A DNA stretch of 64,000 nucleotides from Methanobacteriota archaeon (GCA_963769885.1 CAVYNH010000006.1:320001-384000); one strand, 5' to 3'; counted from the stretch's first letter, positions 50,451-60,501 are shown. The notes: generated by a model not told the origin, from the sequence alone. Made by a program: numbers and translations.

Positions 50451-50984
50451 ATGATGACCCAGACCTCCTACGAACGATTCCCCCTGCGGATTACCATCCC
50501 CGTCGTCCTCATCAACCTCCTTCTGTATGCCCTGGGTGCCTACATCCTCCTCAGGATCCATGTCGCCGCCGCCATCCTCTACCTCGGGTACTGCGCGGTC
50601 ATCCACGTCAATGTCATGCGCCGCAGCTGCCGGGCCTGCTATTACTACGGGAAGAACTGCGCCTTCGGCATAGGGGCGCTCTGCTCCCGGCTCTTCACCC
50701 GACAGGACCCCGCCGCCTTCATCAACAAGGACGTTTCCGCCCTCACCATGATCCCCGATTTCCTCGTCGTGATCTTCCCGGTCGTCGGCGGGCTCATCTC
50801 TCTCGTCTTCTCTTTTTCCTGGCTCTACCTCGGCGTCGTCCTCGCCTTCTTGTTCTTCTATCTCATCGGGACCGCAGCGGTCCGCGGCATGGCGGCCTGC
50901 AAGTACTGCCGGCAGCGCGAGCTCGGCTGCCCCGCCGCCCAGATGTTCGCGAGGAAAACCAGAGAACCCGCACCCGAGCGGTAA
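50451..50984 (+). CDS. Cys-rich 4-TM membrane protein
   Basis: CRACYYYGKNC and CKYCRQRELGC between TM segments. Confidence 0.78.
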   Translation: MMTQTSYERFPLRITIPVVLINLLLYALGAYILLRIHVAAAILYLGYCAVIHVNVMRRSCRACYYYGKNCAFGIGALCSRLFTRQDPAAFINKDVSALTMIPDFLVVIFPVVGGLISLVFSFSWLYLGVVLAFLFFYLIGTAAVRGMAACKYCRQRELGCPAAQMFARKTREPAPER

Positions 50985-51028
50985 AAAAACGAGGAAAGGG
51001 GGGAGTCGTTCCCCCACTGTTTCTAGGC

Positions 51029-52153
51029 TTAGGAGTAGCCCCCGATCATGAGGCTGGGGTCCCCGAGCAGGATCCATTCCTGGACGGTCTTCTGGTCGAT
51101 GCCGTCCCAGCCGCCGACCCCGGCGAACATGGTCTCGTTGATCGTCTCTCGGGTCAGGCTCACCCGCATCCAGACTGGGGAGGGAAGCGTCGTGACCCCC
51201 CATCGGAAGGGAAGCGTCGTGTAGGTCGTTGTCGTCCCTGGCGTCACGTTGACAACCTCGTTGATTACGGTCCACTCCGTGCCCTCGGCGCCCTCCATCC
51301 AGCTTCCGTTCTGATCGAAGTCGATCAGCGCGTTCAGGTAGCGTGGGACGTCAGGGGCGGTCGCGTTCACCGTGATGGTCACGGAGAGTCGAGCGGTATG
51401 ATTTGAGAGGATGATGGCCATGCCGTCGTCACTATCCGCGTTGACGAGGTTCGGTACAAGGTCCGGGTCGTTGGGATCGGTGACGTCCACCTCGGCGCTG
51501 ACCGTCGTCCCGAGCATCTCCTGGCCGGTGGTGACGGCATGTGCGCAGTGGTCGCCGACCCGGCTGTGGGTGGTGTTGTAATAAGTGGGGAACGCTCCTG
51601 TGACGCCGACGTATGCCTCCTGGCCGTCAGGGGCGTCGCCGTAGTCGGCTCTCGGTGCACCGGGACTCGTCGCTACTGGTATCGGCAGTGGGTAGCTCAG
51701 GGTTGGATAGACGGTGATAAGGTCGCCTCGATGATGGCTGCGGTTGTCCCCCAGGGAGTGGTTGTTGATGAGGGGCGGCCAGGATTCGTTGATCGTGGTC
51801 GTTACGCCTGTTTCTGCGTCGATGAGGAGGTATCGTGTCGGGTGGGCATACAAGGCCCAGGGGGCGTCGTCGATGAACACGAACCAGGAGTTGGCGGAGA
51901 CCGGATACGAGGTTCCGCTTTCGGAGGTGATGACGTCGCCGGGGCGGAGGACTCTGGTGAGCATGAGTGCGGAACTGTTGGTCGTCGAGGCACCGGGTTT
52001 CAGGATTTGGTCAACGAAAATGCGTACGGCTTCTTGCTGCTTGATCTTAGTGATGGGATTCACATCGGCATTGGGGTTGGGTGTGAGACAGCCGCTTAAC
52101 GCAGCAGACCCAATGCAGGATACAGCTATGAGCACAACAAGGATTGGTTTCAT
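51029..52153 (-). CDS. Lipoprotein with GEVED-like domain fused to a C25-type tail (probable deletion chimera)
   Basis: LSGC lipobox; DYGDAPD; YLNALIDFDQNG; ends EWILLGDPSLMIGGYS. Confidence 0.7.
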   Translation of the reverse strand: MKPILVVLIAVSCIGSAALSGCLTPNPNADVNPITKIKQQEAVRIFVDQILKPGASTTNSSALMLTRVLRPGDVITSESGTSYPVSANSWFVFIDDAPWALYAHPTRYLLIDAETGVTTTINESWPPLINNHSLGDNRSHHRGDLITVYPTLSYPLPIPVATSPGAPRADYGDAPDGQEAYVGVTGAFPTYYNTTHSRVGDHCAHAVTTGQEMLGTTVSAEVDVTDPNDPDLVPNLVNADSDDGMAIILSNHTARLSVTITVNATAPDVPRYLNALIDFDQNGSWMEGAEGTEWTVINEVVNVTPGTTTTYTTLPFRWGVTTLPSPVWMRVSLTRETINETMFAGVGGWDGIDQKTVQEWILLGDPSLMIGGYS

Positions 52154-52611
52154 TTGTGTCGCGTCTCCCTCGCCAAAGGCGTACCTCGTGTATTTTCTGG
52201 AGGAATTTAAAGATTTGGAAATGAATCCCTCATAAGGCAGCAGCATTCTCAATTGATACAGTCGGTGGTAGCCTGGGCGCGAAAAATCTATATGACTGCC
52301 TCGCAGAAATTGACACCCTACTATAGGCGAATCAACATCATCGGAGACATGTATCGGAACAAGTACGTCGCCTTCCCGATCCACGGCAGGGAATCTCAGT
52401 CGAGTCCGCAATGTCTTGATCTCGATATGTTCTTTGTCAAAGACGGTTTTATGGAACAATCATTGGCTAACGATGTTGGGCAAGATCGAACTTGGAAAAC
52501 GATAATCCTCGGAAATGTTAAATAGAGGGATGCAGCATAATTATTTCTTGAACATGTCTGAAAAAGAGAAACAGGAGTTAAAGGAGTTCGTCCTTAAACG
52601 TAAAAAATACC

Positions 52612-53043
52612 TCAAGTTTTGTGCGAAGGCTCATTAGAGTTAAACTGAGTCAGCCATGTTCTCAACTCTTTTCCATAGGAGGATTTCATCAAATCCTTGA
52701 TTCTCTTTGCTTTGACGGTATCTTTTTCAATATTCGCTATCGAAAAGAATTCGCGGTGAAGGTCATGTTCTTCTTCAAAACGTAAACGCCATTCTTCGAG
52801 GCGAATTCTATCTTCATCCCTTGCTTTGTTTGTGTAATGGTTCAGTGCAAGAAACCGCTCAGCAGCAATGAGCGAGGTGCGATGGTTTCCATTTTTAAAG
52901 GGATGAAGTGCGATAATGGCAACACAATACGCCATGGCTTTATCGTAGATATCGCCTTTGAGCTCTCGGACAAAACTAAGAATGAAACGGACATCATCTG
53001 ATTGAATGACGAGATGCTGTTCATCTTCATGAGTTGCGCTCAA
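52612..53043 (-). CDS. Fic/Doc family protein (possibly N-terminally truncated)
   Basis: HPFKNGNHRTS; TTG start; low GC. Confidence 0.75.
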   Translation of the reverse strand: MSATHEDEQHLVIQSDDVRFILSFVRELKGDIYDKAMAYCVAIIALHPFKNGNHRTSLIAAERFLALNHYTNKARDEDRIRLEEWRLRFEEEHDLHREFFSIANIEKDTVKAKRIKDLMKSSYGKELRTWLTQFNSNEPSHKT

Positions 53044-53076
53044 TGCTTGACTGAAGAGAGAAGCAAAGTCTTCTTT

Positions 53077-53970
53077 CTATAATTGTATGAGCTTCAATTC
53101 TTCTGTGTTATTCTCAACCGACGGCCATCCATCGGACAGCTGCGGATGCTGAGAAACTAGTTTATGACTGAATATGAAATTATTAATCGTAGACCGGAAG
53201 GCAACCGGCCCTTCGGTGTATTTCAGCGCTTCCTCTGCAGACACGAACCCATCGTGGTTCAAATCGGCACGACCTCGTAACCCCTGGATGAGGAAATACG
53301 GGAACATCCAATGAAGCCGCGGCAGAAACATGCATGACGCCTCATCGACACCACAGGATGTCAAGACAACCCGACCGGAGCCGCCGAAATCGCTGCTTCC
53401 ATCGATCATCCCCCCGGAATGGCACGTATCAAAAATAATGACGATGTTGTGTGATTTGAGCGTGTTGAACCGCGCTGCGAAATCATCGTCGACGATATAC
53501 ACACTCCAATTCCATGTAGGGTACTGTGGATCGTAGGGAAATACGCGTTCGTCTCTCCCATCAGGCTCATCGATCGGAGGCAGATCAACGGGAAGGTAAT
53601 AGCCATGCATGAAAACAAAGTACAAAATGAGGTCGTCTTCGCCTGCCCCGCTTAGCCACTCAAACGAGGTATTCAGTATCGCATCCCTCGTCGCTTCTTT
53701 CTCAAGGAAACAGCGGATGTGATCGTTGTCCCATCCATGCGAAAGCAATATTCTTTTCAATGCCCGAACGTCGTTATTTGCAAGAATTCTATGATGCCAA
53801 TACGTGTACCCCCCACCATAGGAGACGAATACCGCCCATTTCGTTGGGCCTGTGGATGCTGTCGTTGTTGCATATGAATGATCGGTTTTGGGAGGCATTG
53901 CTGAAGTGAGAGGAGGAAAAATCGACGCCAGCACTATGCTTCCAACAATATAAACAAATATTTTTTTCAT
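53077..53970 (-). CDS. Secreted caspase-family (C14) peptidase
   Basis: Signal peptide; KWAV, FMHG, FDTCHSGG, ADLNHDGFVSAEE. Confidence 0.88.
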   Translation of the reverse strand: MKKIFVYIVGSIVLASIFPPLTSAMPPKTDHSYATTTASTGPTKWAVFVSYGGGYTYWHHRILANNDVRALKRILLSHGWDNDHIRCFLEKEATRDAILNTSFEWLSGAGEDDLILYFVFMHGYYLPVDLPPIDEPDGRDERVFPYDPQYPTWNWSVYIVDDDFAARFNTLKSHNIVIIFDTCHSGGMIDGSSDFGGSGRVVLTSCGVDEASCMFLPRLHWMFPYFLIQGLRGRADLNHDGFVSAEEALKYTEGPVAFRSTINNFIFSHKLVSQHPQLSDGWPSVENNTEELKLIQL

Positions 53971-54118
53971 GGCCTCTTCCCTGGTGATAATAAGGCCGTT
54001 CTTCTATAAATATGTATATTTGCCTCTAATTTATATATCCAGAAGTCCCGGTCTTATAGGAACAGGGTCGTAACTTTGATATAAATGATATGCATTAGCA
54101 ATACATGGGGGAAGCGAT

Positions 54119-54728
54119 ATGAAAAGAGCTGCAGGAATCATTGTTTGTATACTGTTGATTCCAACGTTTTTACCGATCTCGGCAATGGCTGGAGACGCGG
54201 CACACCCTGAGATCTCGGATGGGACGGGGGACGCACGAAAAAGCGCCGATATCCAGAAAGCCTGGTTCTCTGAAGACCCGGCAACCCCCGAGTTCCTCTA
54301 CGTGACCATCCAATTTGTGGAACTCAATCCAGACTATCGAGGGACTATCATCAACGGCGTCTTTTGGACGATGAACCACGAGAACTATATCGCGTACGGC
54401 CGGATTGGAACGTACCTGGGCGAGAATTATTTTTGGGCGGGTCTTGCAGGAACGAATACGGGGAGCATGGTGAACGGATCTCTAAACATGACAAACGGAA
54501 CGATCACCTATACAATCCCGAAGTCAGTCATTGGAAGCCCACACACAGGAGACATCCTGAACAGAACCCTTGGCGCAACAGGTACAGCGCACCCCGCTTC
54601 TGGAACAATTGAATTGGAATCCATTTTTCAGAGACGTCTTGTTCAAAATACTTGGATTAAAAAAATTGATCTTGCAAGATTACGCACCAGACAAAGGACT
54701 AGGAAACGACTACACCATTCTGTATTAA
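54119..54728 (+). pseudogene. Secreted hypothetical protein with frameshift near 54568
   Basis: Frame-0 tail looks spurious; the shifted frame gives LAQQVQR...DYAPDKGLGNDYTILY-stop(54728). Confidence 0.6.
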
Positions 54729-54857
54729 AACCAGACACATCGCAGCATCGGCCTCCTCTCTTTTTTCACACTAACAGTAAACAGGTGAATAGAGATTCTT
54801 AATAACGAGAAAGACCGAAAAGACACTTGTTGAGGGGTTTGTAGGTTTGCTGTTTGA

Positions 54858-55286
54858 TTAATAATTCTTCTTTGTCGCGCTTTTCCCCAAATGTCGCGTC
54901 GTCATCTCGAGGTACTCCTTCGCCGTCCCAACCCAGAAATCATCCGCGGACTTCGACGACTGGCTCCGGATGAACTCACGGGTAGCTATGGCCTTGAAAT
55001 CCCGGTCATACGTAATAATCCCGCAGACCTCCGGGTTCTCCAACGCCGCCTGCACCAGCAACAAATCAGCCAAGGACGGCCGCTTACGGTCATCCGTCCA
55101 CAACTCACGCAGCCCCGGCGAGATCTCCTTCACCATATAGACCATGATCCGCGGCTCGACCGACGCCCGGACCTCCTCCAGCACCTGCTTGGTCACCGCG
55201 ATTTTCGCCACCAGAAGCACCCGCTCGCAGTCCCGCCCACGCACCGGATTCTTATTCCTCGCGTACAGCAAAATATTCGCATCCAC
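54858..55286 (-). CDS. PIN domain protein, duplicate lacking the zinc ribbon
   Basis: VDANILL..VLEEV..SLAD..TYDRDF. Confidence 0.65.
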   Translation of the reverse strand: MDANILLYARNKNPVRGRDCERVLLVAKIAVTKQVLEEVRASVEPRIMVYMVKEISPGLRELWTDDRKRPSLADLLLVQAALENPEVCGIITYDRDFKAIATREFIRSQSSKSADDFWVGTAKEYLEMTTRHLGKSATKKNY

Positions 55287-55292
55287 CAGGTA
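54901..55292. repeat. Direct repeat copy A (about 392 bp)
   Basis: Ungapped match to 56761-57152 at offset 1860; about 31 mismatches by manual count. Confidence 0.95.
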
Positions 55293-55302
55293 AAGGGGGA
55301 AT

Positions 55303-55394
55303 TACCGAAATCTACCAAAATCTACAAAATCGGTAGAAACATTTATAAGAACTCACGACCTACCAATATCTACCGAAATCTACGAAATTGGTAG
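55303..55394 (+). promoter_or_regulatory. Two 34-bp repeat-built operator-like elements flanking the Fic TATA box
   Basis: TACCGAAATCTACCAAAATCTACAAAATCGGTAG and TACCAATATCTACCGAAATCTACGAAATTGGTAG around TTTATAA. Confidence 0.7.
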
Positions 55395-55399
55395 TTCCC

Positions 55400-56707
55400 A
55401 TGAAAATTCCTGAAAAACCAAAGGAGTACAAAGAAATCTTCAAAGAATCCTACGAAGAAATTTCAAAACACTTCCATGACAAGAAAATTCTTGAATTCCT
55501 CGCCAAATGCAATCAGCCTTATCTCCACTGGGATCAACTTCGCTATAAACCGACACCACAGAACCTCCCACCAGAGCTTATCTGGGCCATGTTAAAAATC
55601 ATCCGAGAAAGCCAATATAAGAACCTGAGATTCTCCTCGTGGCATTTCCGCTATATCCTCCTGGATGATTTCCAGAAAAAACTCCATATCCTCGACAAAG
55701 GAACCGCAGGGATCTTGGGAACAAACTTCGAATCAATCAACTCCTACGTCCGCGAACGCTACATCATCAGTTCCCTCATGGAAGAGGCGATCGCCTCAAG
55801 CCAACTCGAAGGGGCAGCAACCACACGAACCATCGCCAAAGAGCTGCTCAGGAAAAAGAAAAAACCGAGAAACTACTCGGAACAAATGATTGTCAACGGG
55901 TACAGCACTCTGCAGAAGATAGTCGCAGCCAAGACCCACACGATTACACCTGACTTCATCCTCGATCTCCATAAGAGCATCACGGAGAGCACCTTGAAGG
56001 ACAGGTCACACGAAGGAAGGTTTCGGGACAACAACGAAGTGGTCGTAGCCGACCCTTTTGAAATCGACAAAGTATTCTATAAACCTCCTGATTTCAAACA
56101 GATCCCTGCACTCATCGAAGAATTCTGTCAGTTCGCCAACAACGACACCGAGGAGTTCATCCATCCTATCATCAAGGGAGTCCTTCTTCACTTCCTGATC
56201 GCCTATATCCATCCCTTCGAGGATGGCAACGGCAGGGCCGCTCGGACGATTTTCTATTGGTATGTCCTCAGCCACGGCTATTGGCTCTTCGAATTCATGG
56301 CCATCTCCAGAATCCTTCTCCGATCGAAGGTGAACTACGGACTGTCATATTTGTATACCGAGACTGACGACAATGATATGACATATTTCATCGACTTTAA
56401 CCTAAAGGCAATCCAAGAAGCAGTCGAAGACATGAATGCATACCTGAAGAGGAAACAAGAAGAACAGACAGAGATTCTCAACCTCATTAAGCAGTATAAA
56501 AATCTGAACCTCCGACAAGCCGAAATATTAAAGGAATTCGTCAAAGACCCTGAAAAAATCCATGACGTCAAAGAGATTATGACGACCTATGGCATCGCGT
56601 ACGACACGGCAAGAAACAACCTCCTCCACTTAACGAAACTCAGATTCTTGGAAAAAACGCGGATGCAAAAGAAATTCCTCTTCAAACTCTCACCAAAGAA
56701 AAGATAG
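55400..56707 (+). CDS. Fic family protein (class II type) with C-terminal HTH
   Basis: SSQLEG inhibitory motif; HPFEDGNGRAAR; low GC. Confidence 0.94.
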   Translation: MKIPEKPKEYKEIFKESYEEISKHFHDKKILEFLAKCNQPYLHWDQLRYKPTPQNLPPELIWAMLKIIRESQYKNLRFSSWHFRYILLDDFQKKLHILDKGTAGILGTNFESINSYVRERYIISSLMEEAIASSQLEGAATTRTIAKELLRKKKKPRNYSEQMIVNGYSTLQKIVAAKTHTITPDFILDLHKSITESTLKDRSHEGRFRDNNEVVVADPFEIDKVFYKPPDFKQIPALIEEFCQFANNDTEEFIHPIIKGVLLHFLIAYIHPFEDGNGRAARTIFYWYVLSHGYWLFEFMAISRILLRSKVNYGLSYLYTETDDNDMTYFIDFNLKAIQEAVEDMNAYLKRKQEEQTEILNLIKQYKNLNLRQAEILKEFVKDPEKIHDVKEIMTTYGIAYDTARNNLLHLTKLRFLEKTRMQKKFLFKLSPKKR

Positions 56708-56732
56708 GCAAGATCAATCATGAGGCCAATGA

Positions 56733-57269
56733 TCACTTCGCCCTTCTCTGATTCTTCTGCGTCTTCTCCAGGTACTCCTTCGCCGTCCCAACCCAGAAAT
56801 CATCCGCGGACTTCGACGACTGGCTCCGGATGAACCCCCGCGTCGCAATCGCCTTGAAATCCCGGTCGTACATAATGATCCCGCAGATCTCCGGGTTCTC
56901 CAGCGCCGCCTGCACCAGCGACAAGTCCGCCAGCGACGGCTGCTTACGGTCATCCGTCCACAGCTCACGCAGACTCGGGGAAATCTCCTTCACCGTATAG
57001 ACCATGATCCGCGGCTCGACCGACGCCCGGACCTCCTCCAGCACCTGCTTGGTCACCGCAACCGGTGCCACCAGAAGCACCCGCTCGCAGTCCCGCCCAC
57101 GCACCGGATTCTTATTCCTCGCGTACAGCAAAATATTCGCATCCACCAGGTACCGCTTCTCCCGACGCGCAAGCCGCATGTACACCAGCTCACGGCCGCA
57201 CACGCAGTGCACGTTGCGCGACTTCGGCAGCCGCAGCCGCCGCTTACACCCCGGGCACGTCACCTTCAT
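56733..57269 (-). CDS. Zinc ribbon plus PIN domain protein
   Basis: CPGC..CVCG, then YLVDANILL..LEEV..SLAD..YDRDF. Confidence 0.8.
   Translation of the reverse strand: MKVTCPGCKRRLRLPKSRNVHCVCGRELVYMRLARREKRYLVDANILLYARNKNPVRGRDCERVLLVAPVAVTKQVLEEVRASVEPRIMVYTVKEISPSLRELWTDDRKQPSLADLSLVQAALENPEICGIIMYDRDFKAIATRGFIRSQSSKSADDFWVGTAKEYLEKTQKNQRRAK
56761..57152. repeat. Direct repeat copy B
   Basis: Matches 54901-55292. Confidence 0.95.
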
Positions 57270-57507
57270 CCAGCGTCCCCCATACACATGAGAAACAAGA
57301 TAGCATATATCATGCTTCCCCCGCTCCTTAAGAAACGCTTCTTTTTCCGTCCCCCTCCTGGCTAATGCAAACCTATATAAACCAATGCTCCCCTGGAAGA
57401 GCAAACATAAAAGAACGAAAATGAGGTTTCCGTCACTTTTCACACTCAGGAAAGGCGAACGGCGAAGCGGATAGTTTTTCTTCTTTTATTGGGAACGTGA
57501 AATTCAC

Positions 57508-57705
57508 ATGAAAGGAATCGTGCGGTGCTATAGTTTCAGGCGACGGCGCGGGTTGATCTCCGGCGACGGGGACCGGGACGTCTTCTTCAGACAGGCGGAC
57601 ATCCCGATGGATCTTATGCTTGAGAACGGCGATCTCGTCGAGTTCGACTGCTACGACTCCGAGCAGGGGCTTCAGGCGAAGAACCTCAGGAAACTCTGCG
57701 GATAG
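57508..57705 (+). CDS. Cold-shock domain protein (degenerate RNP motifs)
   Basis: MKGIV..GLISGD..DVFF..GDLVEF..GLQAKN. Confidence 0.8.
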   Translation: MKGIVRCYSFRRRRGLISGDGDRDVFFRQADIPMDLMLENGDLVEFDCYDSEQGLQAKNLRKLCG

Positions 57706-57810
57706 ATACCCCAGTCCGTCTTCTTGGGGACGGCGTCCCCCGTTGTTTTTTTCGTGGTTCTTGTGGTTTTCGGGGAGTCCTTATAGACTTAGTGTGGGTT
57801 GTGGTGGGAT

Positions 57811-57975
57811 ATGGGCGATGATCGTTATTGTGCGATCTGCGGGGATGCGTTGGAGGAGTCTGAGATGGGGGATGTCTGCTGGGATTGTCAGAATCTGATG
57901 CTCGCCAGTCCGGTCACGAACCCCGGGGGAAACGCAAGTGATGGGAAGGGATTGGGGAAGCGGCCGTACCTCTAA
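57811..57975 (+). CDS. 54-aa zinc-finger microprotein
   Basis: MGDDRYCAICG...VCWDCQ; TATA near 57781; below the ORF-track cutoff. Confidence 0.6.
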   Translation: MGDDRYCAICGDALEESEMGDVCWDCQNLMLASPVTNPGGNASDGKGLGKRPYL

Positions 57976-58023
57976 GCCTGCTCTCGACTAAGGAAGAGAG
58001 AAAAAAAGAAAAAAGAGAAGGGT

Positions 58024-60359
58024 TTAGGAGGCAGTAACCCAGATGAGGAGGGCGAAGCCGGACCCGGTCTTTTGAGCAGTGGTGTTGTCGTCGGCGGTCG
58101 CGGCGACGGTGATGCTGAGGGCTCCGAGGCCGATGATGGGGCGGTCCGTGATGGTCGTGCTGTTGCCGGGGTCGAGGACTGCGATGGTACCGTTGGCGTG
58201 GGGGCCGATGAGGATGAATCCTCCGGTGAGGTTGATGGTCCAGGTGATGTTGGTGAGGGGGGTAGTGCCGTTGTTGGTGAGGGTGGTGCTGAGGCTGAGG
58301 AAGCCGCCTTTGAGGGCGCCGATGAGGAGGCTGCCGGGGGTGGTGCCTTGGGTGACGGTGGCGGTGGCGACGGCGGGCAGGCAGTTCTGGGCGGTGGCGG
58401 TGACGGTGAGGGTGCCGGGGGTGGCGGGGTCCGGGGTGAAGGTGGCGGTGCCGGTGCCGTCGGTGGTGGCGGTGAGGTAGACGTCCGGGTTTTTCCAGAG
58501 GCAGACGGTGACGTCGGCCTTGGGGCTGTCGCCGCTGGTGACGGTGACGGTGAAGGTGCTGGGGCCGGTTTGGAGGCTGGTGGGGGCGGTGATGGCGAGG
58601 GGCTGCGGGGTGGCAAGCCAGATGGGCAGCTCCGGGTCGCCGAGCAGGGTGAGTTCGCTGTAGATGTATTGGTCGTACTCGTCGCCGGTGTTGATGTAGC
58701 TGTCTTTGTGGTCGGAGAACGCAGCTCCGAGGTGGTAGAGGTTGTTGCTCATGAGGCTGTGGAAGAAGGATTGGTCGTAGCCCATGCTGAGGGTGTTGTA
58801 GCTTTGGGATTGGTACCAGCCGTAGCGGCTGTTGCCGATGAAGGCGAGGCTGCCGCCGTTGGGGTTTTGGAGGAAGTGTTCAGCGATGCAGTCGTTTTCG
58901 TCGAAGGCGGCGGGGTCGCAGCCCATGCTGTAGAGGGTGCCTTGTTTATTGCCGTTGGTGAGGGCGTCGACGTCGGCGATGTCGAGGAGGAGGTTGTGGT
59001 GGGTGTAGCCCATGCCCATGACGTCGGTGTTGGAGTGGTCGGCGTGGTTTATGATGTTCTGGCCGGCGTTCATGGCGGCGATGGCGTTGGTGAGGTGGTT
59101 GCCGGTCTGGCTGTCGTAGACGGTGGTGACGGTCCAGCCGGTGGTGAAGTGGGCGTTGACGATGGCGATCTTGCATTGTTCTGCTTTGGTGCGGCTGTCG
59201 AGGTCGAAGCCGAACATGGCGGCGGTGGTGGTGAAGGCGGGCGGGTTCTGTTCGTAGGTGAGGAGTTTGGTGATGAAGGTGCCGATCTGTCCGGCGCCGG
59301 TGCCGGGTCCGCTGACGCTGGCTCTGCCGACGTTGAGTTCGCTGATCCAGTCGTTGTCGAAGTCGGCGTAGTAGGCGTCGTTGGGGACGGGGTCTGAGTC
59401 GGGGGGATTGATGGTTCTCATGTTGGTGGGGATGGTGTCGATGTCGCCGCCGAGGAGGATGTAGCTGGCGCCCCAGGTGGCGTACGCGTCTTGGACGAAG
59501 GCGCGGATCTTGCTGATGTCGGTGCTGCCGCTGTAGCTGCTGAGGACCCAGTCGGTGGTGACGATGGTGGCGGGGACGCCTTTCTGGGTCTTCCAGTCGG
59601 CGAGGGGCTGGAAGGCGCTGACCCAGTCGGCGCGGGTGATGATGACGTAGTCGTAGTCGCCGGTGGGGACGACGCTGTGGTGCGGGAAGGGAGAGGTTTG
59701 GAGATGGACGTCAGTAGGGTTGATGACGAGGGCTTCGGTGCGATCTATGAGTTGTTGGGTGGTCTGGGGGGTGGCGTGGTCGGAGAGGTAGTCGCTGCAG
59801 GGGCGTGGGGTGGTGTGGATGGTGATAATGATCTGGGTGGTGAGGGTGAGGGTGCCGGTGGCGGGGGTGTAGTGGATGGGGGTGATGGCGATTGTTGTGA
59901 TGGGCTGGCCGGCGAGGTCACCGGTGCTTTGGATGGTGGCAGTGGTCGCGGGGTAGGGGGTGGTCTGCTGGTAGATGGCGGGGTCTGGTGGGATGAGGGA
60001 GGCGGGGGTGTCGAGGGTCTGTGGGTTGGCGGGGATGATGGTGTAGGTGCCGGGGATGGGCTGTTCTGTGGTGGTGATGGTGAGGCTGGTGGCGGTGGTG
60101 TCGGCGGGGAGGGCGACGTGGATGGTCTGGGTGGGGAGTTGGGGTGCGCCGGGGGTGGTGAGGCTGGGGTAGGGGCTAGTGATGAGGGTGCAGCCGTCAA
60201 TGGTATCGAGTTTGAAGTCAGCGGGGTTGTAGGTGAGGGCGACCGTGACGGTGTCCGTCGTGGTCGCATGCGTTCGGGTCGCGGTGATGGGGAGGAGAAG
60301 GCAGCCTGTAATGAGAAGGATGGTTAGCGTCTTCGCTATCGTGGTGGTGATGGTTTCAT
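58024..60359 (-). CDS. Gingipain-like C25 cysteine peptidase with propeptide; 1-nt frameshift right after the ATG
   Basis: Frame open from 60375 to 58024; signal peptide, PGAPQLP propeptide, YILLGGD, NHADH, YSMGC, LLGDPEL. Confidence 0.85.
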
Positions 60360-60501
60360 ACCCCCTTAGGGGTCGTTATAGGCACTAATGGTTTTTATAG
60401 TTATCCCATGCTGGAGATATGGTCTGTGTTTTTGGAGTATTTATATCACTCCGCTTGGAGAACCTCAGGGGAATGGATGGAAAAGACGGGAGGGATGATG
60501 G

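Noticed and set aside
52253-52525. 90-aa ORF
   Set aside because: No recognisable motif or SD; possibly debris in a low-GC segment
54901-57152. Diversity-generating retroelement TR/VR pair
   Set aside because: Mismatches are not confined to adenines on either strand, many are synonymous, and no reverse transcriptase is present
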